DNA of 64,000 nucleotides. Source: Actinomycetota bacterium (lineage in GTDB: Bacteria; Actinomycetota; UBA4738; HRBIN12). The notes beneath the pieces were generated by a model, which made no database searches, was not told where the DNA came from, and was given only the letters and a program-made list of their open reading frames with translations. The DNA lies in assembly GCA_039933515.1 (NCBI GenBank), contig JBDTNY010000127.1, forward strand, positions 7,160 through 71,159, written 5' to 3'. The position numbers were made by a program, and so were the translations under genes. This document shows, one piece after another, positions 8,460-18,313 of this stretch; the stretch's first letter is position 1; each line of letters starts with the position of its first letter.

Positions 8460-10406
8460 GTGCCCGTGAGCAGCGCGTCCATCGTCCCCTTCCCCGGCGT
8501 AGCTGAGCCGCCTCCCGGCGGCGAGGTGTCCCCTCTGCAGAGCCGGCACGGCCCGTTCACTCCGATCGCGGAGTACGGGTTCTTGTCCGACCGCGAGGTA
8601 TCCGCGCTGATCGGCCCCAGCGGCAGCGTCGAGTGGCTCTGCCTGCCCAGGCCCGACAGCCCGAGCGTCTTCGGGGCGATCTTGGACCGGTCGGCGGGCG
8701 CCTTCCGGCTGGGGCCCGCCGAGCTCCTCGTGCCGGCGGGGCGCCGGTATCTCCCCGGCACGAACGTGCTCGAGACCACATGGCAGACCCGGACCGGATG
8801 GCTGCTGGTCCGCGATGCCCTCGTTCTGGGGCCTTGGCAGGACGAAGAACGACCCGAGGACTACACGCGCCCCCCCGGCGACTATCGGGCCTCGCACATG
8901 CTGCTCCGCGCCGTGCGCTGCGTCCAGGGCCAGGTCGATCTCGTGCTGAACTGCGAGCCGGTGTTCGACTACGGGCGCACCGATGCCCGATGGGAGTACA
9001 CGGGTCCCGGCTGGAGCGAGGCCCTCGCCACCGGCGGCAGCGGCGACCCGCATCTGCGGCTCACGACCGACATGCGCCTGGGCCTCGAGGGGCGCGCGGC
9101 GGTCGCGATCACCCGGCTGAACGACAACGAAGCCGCGTTCGCGGCCCTGTCGTGGGATGGCGACGTGAACCCGCCGCCGGCCGACGCCGAGGAAGCGTGG
9201 CAGATGATCCACGCGACCTCGGACTTCTGGCGCGGCTGGTTGAACAAGGGCGAGTTCCCCGACCATCCCTGGAGGAGCCATCTCCAACGAGCGGCGCTGA
9301 CCTTGAAAGGTCTGACGTACGCCCCGACGGGAGCCCTGATCGCCGCCCCGACGACCTCGCTCCCCGAGTCGGCGGGCGGCGAGCGGAACTGGGACTACCG
9401 CTACAGCTGGGTGCGCGACGCGACGTTCGCGCTCTGGGGCCTCTACTCGCTGGGGTTCGACTTCGAGGCCAACAGCTTCTTCTACTTCATCGCCGACCAG
9501 ATCCGCGATGGTTCGCCATTACACGTGATGTACGGGGTGGGCGGCGAGACCGAGCTCGAGGAATCCACGCTGGACCACCTCACCGGCTACGACCACGCGC
9601 AGCCCGTGAGGATCGGCAACGCCGCGTGGTCGCAGGACCAGCACGACGTGTGGGGCGCGCTGCTCGATTCGGTCTACCTGCATATGCGCTCGGGCGAGTT
9701 CCTCTCGGGCGTGACGTGGTCGGGCCTCGAGCGACAGGTCGAGCGCGCGATCGAACGATGGCGCGAACCCGACCGGGGGATCTGGGAGGTCCGCGGCGAA
9801 CCCCAGCACTTCACGATGTCGAAGATCATGTGCTGGGTGGCGTGCGACCGGGGCGCTCACCTGGCCGACGTGATGGACCGTCCGGAGCTCGCCGAGCGCT
9901 GGCGCACCGAGTCCGAGACGATCAAGGCTGACGTGCTCGCGCACGGGCTCGACGCGCGCGGCGTCTTCACCCAGGCTTACGGCTCGACGGCCCTCGACGC
10001 CTCCCTGCTCCTGGCTCCGCTGATGCGGTTCCTGCCCCCCGACGATCCACGGATCCGCGCGACCGTGCTGGCGATCGCCGACGAGCTCACCGACGACGGA
10101 CTCGTGCTGCGATACCACGTGGACGAGACCGACGACGGGATGCAGGGTCCCGAGGCGACGTTCGCGATCTGCTCGTTCTGGCTCGTGTCGGCGCTCGCCG
10201 AGATCGACGAGCTCGAGCGGGCGCGGGCGCTGTGCGAGCGGATGCTCGCCTACGCGAGCCCGCTGGGTCTCTACGCCGAAGAGATCGACCCGCGCACGGG
10301 ACGGCACTGGGGCAACTACCCGCAGGCCTTCACCCACCTGGCGCTGATCAACGCGCTCACGCATGTGATCCGGGCCGAGGAACGCCTGACCGAACGCCCG
10401 GGCTGA
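8460..10406 (+). CDS. glycoside hydrolase family 15 protein (trehalase/glucoamylase-type)
   Basis: GH15 catalytic-domain motifs (GALIAAPTTSLPESAGGERNWDYRYSWVRD, DVWGALLDSVY) and an N-terminal beta-sandwich (DREVSALIGPSGSVEWLCLPRPDSPSVF). Start uncertain: GTG at 8460 or a downstream GTG near 8527. Confidence 0.75.
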   Translation: MPVSSASIVPFPGVAEPPPGGEVSPLQSRHGPFTPIAEYGFLSDREVSALIGPSGSVEWLCLPRPDSPSVFGAILDRSAGAFRLGPAELLVPAGRRYLPGTNVLETTWQTRTGWLLVRDALVLGPWQDEERPEDYTRPPGDYRASHMLLRAVRCVQGQVDLVLNCEPVFDYGRTDARWEYTGPGWSEALATGGSGDPHLRLTTDMRLGLEGRAAVAITRLNDNEAAFAALSWDGDVNPPPADAEEAWQMIHATSDFWRGWLNKGEFPDHPWRSHLQRAALTLKGLTYAPTGALIAAPTTSLPESAGGERNWDYRYSWVRDATFALWGLYSLGFDFEANSFFYFIADQIRDGSPLHVMYGVGGETELEESTLDHLTGYDHAQPVRIGNAAWSQDQHDVWGALLDSVYLHMRSGEFLSGVTWSGLERQVERAIERWREPDRGIWEVRGEPQHFTMSKIMCWVACDRGAHLADVMDRPELAERWRTESETIKADVLAHGLDARGVFTQAYGSTALDASLLLAPLMRFLPPDDPRIRATVLAIADELTDDGLVLRYHVDETDDGMQGPEATFAICSFWLVSALAEIDELERARALCERMLAYASPLGLYAEEIDPRTGRHWGNYPQAFTHLALINALTHVIRAEERLTERPG

Positions 10407-10473
10407 CGCCCGGCTGGATCGGCCCAGGCTCGAGGCCGCGCCACGAACGCGGCGCATGAGCCGCGCCGGGGCA
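10407..10473. terminator. possible weak bidirectional terminator between convergent GH15 gene and gnd
   Basis: Imperfect GC-rich inverted repeat cGGCGCatgagccGCGCCg in a 67-nt convergent gap. No U-tract. Confidence 0.2.
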
Positions 10474-11490
10474 TCAGGCAGGCTGCTCGTCGTGCCCGCC
10501 GAACCCCTTGCGCATCGCCGAGAGCACGCGGTTGGCGAAGTCGTCGTTGCCGCGCGAGGCGAAACGTGAGAACAGCGCGGACGAGAGCACCGGCGTCGGC
10601 ACGCCCTCGTCGATCGCGGCGATCGCGGTCCAGCGCCCTTCGCCGGAGTCCGAGACCCGGCCCTCGAATCCCTCGAGGTCCGCAGACGCGTTGAGGGCTG
10701 CCGCCGAAAGGTCCAGCAGCCAGGACGCCACCACGCTTCCCCGGCGCCACACTTCGGTGATCTCGGCGACGTCCAGGTCGTATCGGTAGAACTCGGGATG
10801 GGCGAGCGGCGCGGTCTCGGCGTCCTTCGCCCGTTCGGCGGTGCCGTCGTTCGCGTGATGCAGGACGTTCAAGCCCTCGGCGTAGGCCGCCATGAGGCCG
10901 TACTCGATCCCGTTGTGCACCATCTTCACGAAGTGGCCGGCGCCACCGGGGCCGCAGTGCAGGTATCCACGCTCGGCGGGCGTCGGGGCGCCGACGCGGC
11001 CCGGGGTCCGGGGGGCGGCGTCCGGTCCCGGGGCGAGTGAGGCGAAGATCGGTTCGATCCGCGCGAAGACCTCGGGCTCGGCCCCGACCATGAGGCAGAA
11101 GCCGCGTTCGAGCCCGAACACCCCGCCGCTCGTACCGCAGTCGACATGGTGGACCCCCCGCTCGGCCAGGAGCGCGGCGTGCGTGAGGTCGTCACGGTAA
11201 TAGGTGTTGCCGCCGTCGATCACCACGTCGCCGGGGTCCAGATGGCCCGCGAGCTCCGCGATCGTCGCCGACGTGATCTCGCCCGCCGGCACCATGACCC
11301 ACACCGTGCGCGGCGCGGTCAGCGCGTCGACGAGCTCGGCGATCGACGTCGCACCCGTCGCACCCTCGGCGGCGAGCAGGGTCACGGCGTCGGGATCGAC
11401 GTCGTAGCCCGCGCAGCGGTGCCCGTCGCGCATCAGCCGGCGAACGAGGTTGGACCCCATCCGGCCGAGCCCCACCATCCCCAGCTGCAT
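10474..11490 (-). CDS. gnd: 6-phosphogluconate dehydrogenase (decarboxylating), short YqeC/Gnd-like form
   Basis: The C-terminal 338 aa of track ORF 10474..12762 is Gnd-like (MQLGMVGLGRMGSNL Rossmann start, GGAGHFVKMVHNGIEYGLMAAYAEG). Start ATG at 11490. The rest of the track ORF reads through pgi in another frame. Confidence 0.8.
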   Translation of the reverse strand: MQLGMVGLGRMGSNLVRRLMRDGHRCAGYDVDPDAVTLLAAEGATGATSIAELVDALTAPRTVWVMVPAGEITSATIAELAGHLDPGDVVIDGGNTYYRDDLTHAALLAERGVHHVDCGTSGGVFGLERGFCLMVGAEPEVFARIEPIFASLAPGPDAAPRTPGRVGAPTPAERGYLHCGPGGAGHFVKMVHNGIEYGLMAAYAEGLNVLHHANDGTAERAKDAETAPLAHPEFYRYDLDVAEITEVWRRGSVVASWLLDLSAAALNASADLEGFEGRVSDSGEGRWTAIAAIDEGVPTPVLSSALFSRFASRGNDDFANRVLSAMRKGFGGHDEQPA

Positions 11491-11504
11491 CGGTCGGTCG
11501 GTCG

Positions 11505-13184
11505 TCACTGGCTCAGCTCCTTCCCGCCCCCGTCGCCGTGCTCCGCCGCACGCATCGCACGGTACCGGCGGATCAGTGCGTTCGTCGAACCGTCGTGAGC
11601 CAGGGCGGGCTCGTCGCCGGCAACGAGCTCGGGGACGATCCGCTGCGCGAGCGCCTTCCCGAGCTCGACCCCCCACTGATCGAACGGATCGATCCGCCAG
11701 ATCGCCGCCTGGGTGAACACGTCGTGCTCGTAGAGGGCGACGAGCGCCCCGAGGATCCGCGGGGTCAGTCGTTCGGCCAAGATCGTCGTGCTGGGCCGAT
11801 TCCCCTCGAAGACGCGGTGCGGCACCAGCCACCTGGGCGTGCCCTCGGCCCGGACCTCGTCGGCGGTCTTGCCGAACGCGAGCGCCTCGGCCTGGGCGAA
11901 CACGTTCGACATCAACAGATCGTGATGCCCTCCGATCGGGTTCAGGCTCTGGGCGAACCCGATCAGATCGAGTGGGATCAGCTGGGTCCCCTGGTGCAGC
12001 AGTTGGTAGAACGAGTGTTGCCCGTTCGTCCCCGGCTCGCCCCAATACACGGCGCCTGTCGGATGATCGACCGGCACGCCGTCGACGGTCACGTGCTTGC
12101 CGTTCGATTCCATCGTGAGCTGCTGCAGGTACGCCGGGAAGCGCGCGAGGTATTGGTCGTACGGCATGACGCCCCACGACGTGGTGCCGAAGAACCCCCC
12201 GTACCAGACCGCGAGCAACCCCTTGAGCACCGGCAGGTTCCGCGCGAACGGCGCCGTCCGGAAGTGCTCGTCCATCGCGTGGAACCCCGCCAGCATCTCG
12301 TGGAATGGACCGGGGCCGATCGCGAGCATCGTCGACAGCCCCACGGCCCCAGCCATCGAGTACCGGCCTCCCACCCAATCCCAGAACCCGAACATGTGGT
12401 CCGGGTCGATCCCGAAGGCCCGCACGCTGTCGAGCGCGGTAGAGACCGCCACGAAGTGCCTGGCGACCGCTGCCTCGTCGCCGAGCCCCTCGACGATCCA
12501 GCCGCGAGCGGTGCGCGCGTTCGTCATCGTCTCGAGCGTCGTGAACGTCTTCGAAGCGATGATGAACAGCGTCTCGGCGGGGTCGAGGTCGCCCGTCGCT
12601 TCGTCGAACGCCGTCGGGTCGACGTTCGAGACGAACCGGAACGTGAGGTCGCGCCTCGCGTAGGCCCGGAGCGCCTCGAACGCCATCGAGGGACCGAGGT
12701 CGGAACCGCCGATCCCCACGTTCACGATGGCGCGGATCGGCCGCCCGGTGTGGCCGAGCCACCCGCCGGAACGGACACGATCCGCGAACGCCGCCATGCG
12801 ATCGAGCACCTCGTGCACCTGGGCGCCGACGTCGACGCCGCCGACCTCGAGCGAGGTGCCCCGCGGCAACCGGAGGGCGGTGTGGAGCGCCGGCCGATCC
12901 TCCGAGACGTTCACGTGGTCTCCCCGGAACATCGCCTCGATCCGCTCACGGAGCCCGCGCGCCTCGGCCAACGCCACCAGCAACGAGATCGTCTCGTCGG
13001 TGACGCGATGCTTGGCGTGATCGAGGTACAGCCCCGCGCCCTCGGCCGCCATGCGCTCACCACGGCCGGGGTCTGCGGCGAAGAGCTCACGCAGGTGCCT
13101 CGGGCCGATCTCGGCATGGTGTGCCGCGAGGGCTCCCCACTCGGCCGTTCGGGTCAGCGGGGACGTGGCTCCCGGCGTACCCAC
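11505..13184 (-). CDS. pgi: glucose-6-phosphate isomerase
   Basis: 559 aa with PGI signatures ([43 protein letters not shown]). Confidence 0.9.
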   Translation of the reverse strand: MGTPGATSPLTRTAEWGALAAHHAEIGPRHLRELFAADPGRGERMAAEGAGLYLDHAKHRVTDETISLLVALAEARGLRERIEAMFRGDHVNVSEDRPALHTALRLPRGTSLEVGGVDVGAQVHEVLDRMAAFADRVRSGGWLGHTGRPIRAIVNVGIGGSDLGPSMAFEALRAYARRDLTFRFVSNVDPTAFDEATGDLDPAETLFIIASKTFTTLETMTNARTARGWIVEGLGDEAAVARHFVAVSTALDSVRAFGIDPDHMFGFWDWVGGRYSMAGAVGLSTMLAIGPGPFHEMLAGFHAMDEHFRTAPFARNLPVLKGLLAVWYGGFFGTTSWGVMPYDQYLARFPAYLQQLTMESNGKHVTVDGVPVDHPTGAVYWGEPGTNGQHSFYQLLHQGTQLIPLDLIGFAQSLNPIGGHHDLLMSNVFAQAEALAFGKTADEVRAEGTPRWLVPHRVFEGNRPSTTILAERLTPRILGALVALYEHDVFTQAAIWRIDPFDQWGVELGKALAQRIVPELVAGDEPALAHDGSTNALIRRYRAMRAAEHGDGGGKELSQ

Positions 13185-13191
13185 GTGCAGC

Positions 13192-13536
13192 TCACGCCTC
13201 CAGGGACGCGCAGGTCACGCACAGGACCGACCAGGCCCTGGCCTCGAGCCGCCCTTCGCCGATCTCGTTCCCGCACCGGTCACAGCGTCCGTAGGTGCCT
13301 TCGTCGAGCTTGGCGAGCGCGCGCGTGACATCGGCGAGCTTGGCGGCGAGCGCATCGGCCTGCCCGACCTTCTCGATCCGATCGACGGCCTGGCTCGTCC
13401 CCTCGCCCACGCGCTTGCCGAACCCGATCGTGGCCGCGGGATCGCGGTTCACGGTCGTCAGATCCCCGAGCGCTTCGATCAGTCCGGCGTGTTCGGCTTG
13501 GAGCCCCGCCCGCACAGCGTCGACGTCGATCGCCAT
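13192..13536 (-). CDS. DksA/TraR-family C4-type zinc-finger protein
   Basis: 114-aa product. Coiled-coil N-half plus [25 protein letters not shown] (CxxC-17-CxxC). Start ATG at 13536 is preceded by GAGG..AGGAAG and lies 10 nt after the cphA stop (13547). The track ORF 13192..13806 is over-extended. Confidence 0.6.
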   Translation of the reverse strand: MAIDVDAVRAGLQAEHAGLIEALGDLTTVNRDPAATIGFGKRVGEGTSQAVDRIEKVGQADALAAKLADVTRALAKLDEGTYGRCDRCGNEIGEGRLEARAWSVLCVTCASLEA

Positions 13537-13546
13537 CTTCCTGACC

Positions 13547-16312
13547 TCAGCCGACCATGTCGGGGTCGCCGCCCGAGCCCTGGATCCCGCCCTCGTCCTG
13601 CGCGCGCAGCACCTCCGGCGAGGCGACACCTCGCCGCTGCTCGAGCTCCTTGAAGACGGCGGTCGCGTAGTCGACGCAGAGGACGACGAGGTCGCCGGGG
13701 CGCGAGCGATCCAATGCCTTGCGGGCGGCCTCCATCTCGTCGAGCTCGACCTCCACCGAGCCGGCACGCGCACCGCCCGCCGCCATCGCCTGCTCCACTC
13801 CCTCACGGATCAGCTCGGCGGTATCGCCCCGCTTCCTCCCGCGGGCGTGGCGATCCTCGCGCACGATCACGTCGTCGAAGTAGCGGGCGGCCACCCGGCC
13901 CAACTCGCGCATGTCCTCGTCGCGCCGGTCGCCGGCGGTCGCGACGACCGCCACGCGCAGGTTCGCGGTCCACGATGCCTCGCCGGGGCGCTCGCCGGAA
14001 GGCGCGTCGGCCGTGAGCCGTTCCACGAAGTCCCCCAGGGTATCGAGGCCCGCGGCGTTGTGGGCATAGTCGATCACGACGGTCACCCCGTCGATCTCGA
14101 ACACGTTCAAACGCCCGGGTGCCTGATAGATCGAGGTCGTGAAGGACCGGAGTCCCTGCCGGATGTCGTGGAGATGGGCGCCGCCGGCATGCGCGGCTGC
14201 GGCGGCGGCCATCGCGTTCTGCACCATCATGCGGGCCTTGCCCTCGAAGGTCGCGGGAAGGGTGTGCACCCAAGCGATCGGCATCGTCCGGCGCCCTTCC
14301 TTGATGACCATCATCTCGCCGCGGGGACCCTTTTCGAGCACGACAGCCTTGCGCCCCCGCCTGATCCACCGGTCCACGAACTCGTGCTTGTCGCGCATCG
14401 TGAACAGGATCACGTTGCCCGCGCAGTGGCGGCGCATCTCGAGCACCAGGGGATCGTCGGCATTGAGCACCGCGGTGCCGTTGCGCGGGACCGCCTCGAC
14501 CGGCACCTGTTTGACCGCCGCGAGCTGCTCGAGGGTCTCGATCTCGCGCAGGCCCAAGTGATCGCCCGTGACGTTGAGGACCACCGCGACGTCGTTGCGC
14601 TGATAGCCCAGTCCCTCCCGCAGGATCCCGCCGCGTGCGATCTCGAACACCGCGAGATCGACCCGGGGATTCTGCAGCACCATCTGCGCCGACTTCGGAC
14701 CGCTCGCATCCGCGCGGCGCACGAGGCGCTCGTCGATGTAGATCCCGTCCGTTGTGGTGACTCCCACGTCGTGGCCGATCCCCCGGAAGATGTGGGCGAT
14801 CATCCGGGTCGTCGTGGTTTTGCCGTTGGATCCGGTCACCGCGATGATCGGGATCCGGCTGGGCGTCCCGGGCGGGAACAGCCCGTCGACCACGTGCTTC
14901 GCGACGTACTGAGGCTCGCCTTCGGTGGGGTGCGTGTGCATCCGGAAACCGGGCGCCGCGTTCACCTCGATGATCGCGCCACCCGCCTCCCGCACCGGCT
15001 GCGAGATGTCGATCGCGAGGAAGTCGATGCCGGCGACGTCGAGCCCGACGACCCGGGCTGCCTCCTCGGCGATCTCGACGTTGTCCTCGTGCGCCTCCCA
15101 GGTTCGGTCGATCGAGATCCCCCCGGTCGACATGTTGCCGGTGGCCGCCAGCAGCACGCGCTCGCCCTTGGGCGGCACGTCGTCGATGCCGAACCCCTGC
15201 TTCCTCACCAGCTCAAGCGCGGTCTGGTCGACCTTGATGCGCGTCAAGACTTTCTCGTGGCCGATCCCCCGGCGCGGGTCCTGGTTCTCCTTGTCGACGA
15301 GCCATCGGATCGTGTGCTTGCCGTCGCCGGTTACATGGGCAGGCACACGCTCGGCGATCGCGACCATCCGTCCGCCGATCACGAGCACGCGGTAGTCGCT
15401 CCCCGTCACGAACGACTCCACCACGACGAAGCCGCGCCGCGACTCTTTCTGCGCGCGGCGGAACCCGGTGCGGACGGCGCGATCGGTGCGCAGGTCCAGC
15501 GCCACGCCGCGACCGTGGTTGCCGTCGAGCGGCTTCGTGACGACCGGGAACCCGATCCCGACCGCGGCCGCGACCGCGGCGTCCTCGTCCCGGACGACCT
15601 CGCTCCTGGGCACCGGCAGGCCCGCCGCCGCGAGCAACTTGGTCGTCATCTTCTTGTCGCTGGCGATGTCGACGGCGAGCGCGCTCGTCATCGACGTCAT
15701 CGTGGCGCGGATCCGCTGCTGATACTTGCCCTGGCCGAGCTGCACGAGCGAGTTTTCGTTCAACCGCATCCAGGGGATGTCGCGCGTCACGGCCTCGTCG
15801 ATGATCGCCTGCGTCGAGGGCCCGAACTGACGACGCTCCGCGAGCAGGATCAACCGCTCGAGCTCGGCGTCGAACTCGAAGCCGAGCTCCGCCTTGATCA
15901 GGTGGTTCACGAGCCGGACCGCGAGCTTGCCGGCCTCGACCCCGACCGTCTCCTCGGCGTAGCCGTAGATCACGTTGTAGTGGCCGGGCTGCCCCGCGCT
16001 CCGCGTCTTGCCCCGCGAGATGTGGGCGCCCGACTCGCGTTGCAGCTCGAGCGCCACGTGCTCGGCGACATGCCCGAGCCACGTGCCGTCTTCGAGTCGC
16101 TCTCGGAACCCGCCGCGCTTGCCGAGCGAACAGGAGTGTTCCCCGACACCGGGGAGGGCCTTGAGGAGCTTCGTGTTGAAGCCCCGGATCGTGTTAGAGG
16201 GCCAGTGTTCGAGCGACCCGAGGTCGACGAGCAACCGGATGCTGGGCTCGTAGGACCAGTAGTTCGGCCCGCGGAAGACCTGGGCCTGCACGATCGTGAG
16301 GTCGGGCCGCAA
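13547..16312 (-). CDS. cphA: cyanophycin synthetase
   Basis: Full three-domain CphA: N-domain (VFRGPNYWSY), ATP-grasp G-domain (DKKMTTKLLAAAGLPVP, PVVTKPLDGNHGRGV, IEVNAAPGFRMH) and Mur-ligase M-domain (IIAVTGSNGKTTTT, VIDYAHN). The track ORF 13547..16459 has no ATG near the N-domain. Start placed at in-frame TTG 16312 (or GTG 16291) so it follows the cphB stop. Confidence 0.85.
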   Translation of the reverse strand: MRPDLTIVQAQVFRGPNYWSYEPSIRLLVDLGSLEHWPSNTIRGFNTKLLKALPGVGEHSCSLGKRGGFRERLEDGTWLGHVAEHVALELQRESGAHISRGKTRSAGQPGHYNVIYGYAEETVGVEAGKLAVRLVNHLIKAELGFEFDAELERLILLAERRQFGPSTQAIIDEAVTRDIPWMRLNENSLVQLGQGKYQQRIRATMTSMTSALAVDIASDKKMTTKLLAAAGLPVPRSEVVRDEDAAVAAAVGIGFPVVTKPLDGNHGRGVALDLRTDRAVRTGFRRAQKESRRGFVVVESFVTGSDYRVLVIGGRMVAIAERVPAHVTGDGKHTIRWLVDKENQDPRRGIGHEKVLTRIKVDQTALELVRKQGFGIDDVPPKGERVLLAATGNMSTGGISIDRTWEAHEDNVEIAEEAARVVGLDVAGIDFLAIDISQPVREAGGAIIEVNAAPGFRMHTHPTEGEPQYVAKHVVDGLFPPGTPSRIPIIAVTGSNGKTTTTRMIAHIFRGIGHDVGVTTTDGIYIDERLVRRADASGPKSAQMVLQNPRVDLAVFEIARGGILREGLGYQRNDVAVVLNVTGDHLGLREIETLEQLAAVKQVPVEAVPRNGTAVLNADDPLVLEMRRHCAGNVILFTMRDKHEFVDRWIRRGRKAVVLEKGPRGEMMVIKEGRRTMPIAWVHTLPATFEGKARMMVQNAMAAAAAAHAGGAHLHDIRQGLRSFTTSIYQAPGRLNVFEIDGVTVVIDYAHNAAGLDTLGDFVERLTADAPSGERPGEASWTANLRVAVVATAGDRRDEDMRELGRVAARYFDDVIVREDRHARGRKRGDTAELIREGVEQAMAAGGARAGSVEVELDEMEAARKALDRSRPGDLVVLCVDYATAVFKELEQRRGVASPEVLRAQDEGGIQGSGGDPDMVG

Positions 16313-16383
16313 CGGCGGCTTCTTGACCGCCGGCTCGGTCTTGCGCTCGCGGCGGTCGGCCCGGGTCCGCGTGACCTCCGACG

Positions 16384-17253
16384 TCACTCCGACGCCTCCC
16401 GCTCGGCCGCGAGCGCCCGCGGCCCCGCCAGCAACTCGCGTCGCCGCAGGTCGAACCAATACCCGCTCGGAAGGGAGTGCAGCACCGCGCCCGACACCAT
16501 GAGCGGTTTATACCCCTTCCCCCGATAGGCGTCGGTCTTGACGTGCCGGCCGTCGACGATCGTCACGGCGCCGCGACCGATCACGTGCAGCGTCCCGTCT
16601 TCGAAGACGATCGCGCTGGTGTCCTCGTCGAGGCCGAGGCCTAGGAGCGCGGGGGATTGCGCCACCAGGGCCATCAACCTGCCGATCCGGCCGCGCTGTT
16701 CGAAGTGCTGATCGACGACGAGGCCGCTCAAGATCCCGAGCCCCGCCGACAGCTGCACCATCCGGTGCTTCGGGGTGGGGCCGGCCGCCCCGAAGGCCAG
16801 CATGTGGCTCGCAAGCGCGCTCGCGCCGGCGCTCGTGCCGGCGAGCACCGCGCCTCGATCCCGCGCGAGGAACAGCCCATCGCCCACGCGCGTGCCGGCG
16901 ATCACCTGCGTGAGCCGGGACTGGTTCCCGCCGGTCAGGAACACGCCGGTCGCGTCGCGCAGGGCCGCCGCGGCGTCGGGATCATCGGCCTCCTCGCGCT
17001 CTTCGGGGTGGAGGCCGCTCACCCGGCCGATGCCCAGCCCGGTGAAAAGCTCCCGATACATCTCGGTGGCTTCGCTGCCGAGCGAGGACGCCGTCGAGAT
17101 CACGACGACGTGGCCGTCGGCGCCGCCCGCGAACTTCGCGAATCGGGACAGGATCACCTTGTCGCGGAACTTGTCCTCGGCCCCGCCGATCAGCATCACC
17201 GGGCCCGCCGTGCCCAGGTTCGCGATCGACCGGAGGTCACGGCCCGTCGTCAT
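16384..17253 (-). CDS. cphB: cyanophycinase (peptidase S51)
   Basis: 289 aa with S51 cyanophycinase motifs (MLIGGAEDKF, VFLTGGNQSRL, AVLAGTSAGASAL). Immediately upstream of cphA on the same strand. Confidence 0.85.
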   Translation of the reverse strand: MTTGRDLRSIANLGTAGPVMLIGGAEDKFRDKVILSRFAKFAGGADGHVVVISTASSLGSEATEMYRELFTGLGIGRVSGLHPEEREEADDPDAAAALRDATGVFLTGGNQSRLTQVIAGTRVGDGLFLARDRGAVLAGTSAGASALASHMLAFGAAGPTPKHRMVQLSAGLGILSGLVVDQHFEQRGRIGRLMALVAQSPALLGLGLDEDTSAIVFEDGTLHVIGRGAVTIVDGRHVKTDAYRGKGYKPLMVSGAVLHSLPSGYWFDLRRRELLAGPRALAAEREASE

Positions 17254-17300
17254 CAGCGCAGTGTAGCGGCCGGGTCCGGGCAGGCCGCTATCCTGCGGCG

Positions 17301-18218
17301 ATGACGTCGTTCTCGCTGCCGCTCACCGGTCCCGCCGGCGAACCCGTGGACCTTGTTCGGACGCTCTCCTCCCATGGATTCGCCGACCTCGCCCCCCTGC
17401 GGCTCGATCAGGCCGCCCGCACGCTCGAGCTCACCCTCAGGCTGCGGCGCGGACGGCCTCGGCGGGTGCGCGTCGGCCCGGGGCCCGGGCGCCGGGCGAG
17501 CGTGGAGATCCTGGGCCCCGCGGCGGGGCCGCGAGTGGCCGCCGAGGTCGTGGCCGGGGTCCGAAACGTGCTCCGGCTCGACCAGGATCTCTCCCGCTTC
17601 TACGAGCGAGCGGAGGAGGATCCCGAGCTCGCGTGGGTCACGTATGGCGCCGGCAGGATGCTCCGCAGCCCCACGGCCTTCGAGGACGTCGTGAAGACGG
17701 TCTGCACCACCAACTGCGCGTGGAGCGCCACCGTCCGGATGGTGCACGCGCTCGTGACGCACCTCGGCGACCCGGCGGTGGCCACGCGCGACCCGCTGGC
17801 CAACGCGTTCCCCACGCCCGCGGCGATGGCGGCGGCGCCGGAGGGCTTCTACCGGGACACCGTGCGCGCCGGGTACCGGGGCGCCTACCTGCGCCGGTTG
17901 GCCACCACGGTGGCGAGCGGCGATCTGGACCTCGAGGCGCTCGCCGCGGCCTCGGCCGACGCCCTCCCCGATAGCGAGCTCGAGGCGCAGCTGCTCGCGC
18001 TGCCCGGCGTTGGGCCCTACGCAGCCGCCCACATCATGATGACGATGGGGCGGAACCACCGGCTGATCCTCGACAGCTGGACCCGGCCCACCTACGCGCG
18101 CGCGTGCGGGCGCACCGCTGCGGTGTCCGACGCCACGATCCGTCGGCGGTTCGCCCGCTACGGCGACCATGCGGGGCTTGCCTTCTGGCTCTTCCTCACG
18201 CGCGACTGGGTCGACTAA
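17301..18218 (+). CDS. DNA-3-methyladenine glycosylase II family protein (AlkA-like, HhH-GPD)
   Basis: HhH motif LALPGVGPYAAAHIMM followed by a Gly/Pro-rich loop and Asp. AlkA-like N-terminal region. Confidence 0.55.
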   Translation: MTSFSLPLTGPAGEPVDLVRTLSSHGFADLAPLRLDQAARTLELTLRLRRGRPRRVRVGPGPGRRASVEILGPAAGPRVAAEVVAGVRNVLRLDQDLSRFYERAEEDPELAWVTYGAGRMLRSPTAFEDVVKTVCTTNCAWSATVRMVHALVTHLGDPAVATRDPLANAFPTPAAMAAAPEGFYRDTVRAGYRGAYLRRLATTVASGDLDLEALAAASADALPDSELEAQLLALPGVGPYAAAHIMMTMGRNHRLILDSWTRPTYARACGRTAAVSDATIRRRFARYGDHAGLAFWLFLTRDWVD

Positions 18219-18313
18219 CGAGGGTTGCCCTGCACCGCGAACGGAGCGCATACTGAGCCGGGCCCACCGGGCCCACCCCCGAACGAAACGAGCGATCCGA
18301 TGACGGTGCCCTT

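Noticed and set aside
9287-9288. Upstream extensions of track ORFs 7644..9287 (otsB), 10474..12762 (gnd), 34312..36381 (pstA), 36275..38266 (pstS), 48516..50600 (pheA), 27197..29686 (ppk), 25381..26790 (mutT1-like)
   Set aside because: In each case only the C-terminal part matches the protein family. The extension reads through a neighbouring gene in another frame or antisense, and an internal start with a recognisable N-terminus (several with an RBS) was chosen instead.
13295-16528. 1077-aa plus-strand ORF
   Set aside because: It lies antisense to cphA, which has unambiguous ATP-grasp and Mur-ligase motifs. Its translation is low-complexity Arg/Asp/His/Pro-rich, typical of reverse-frame ORFs in about 70% GC DNA.
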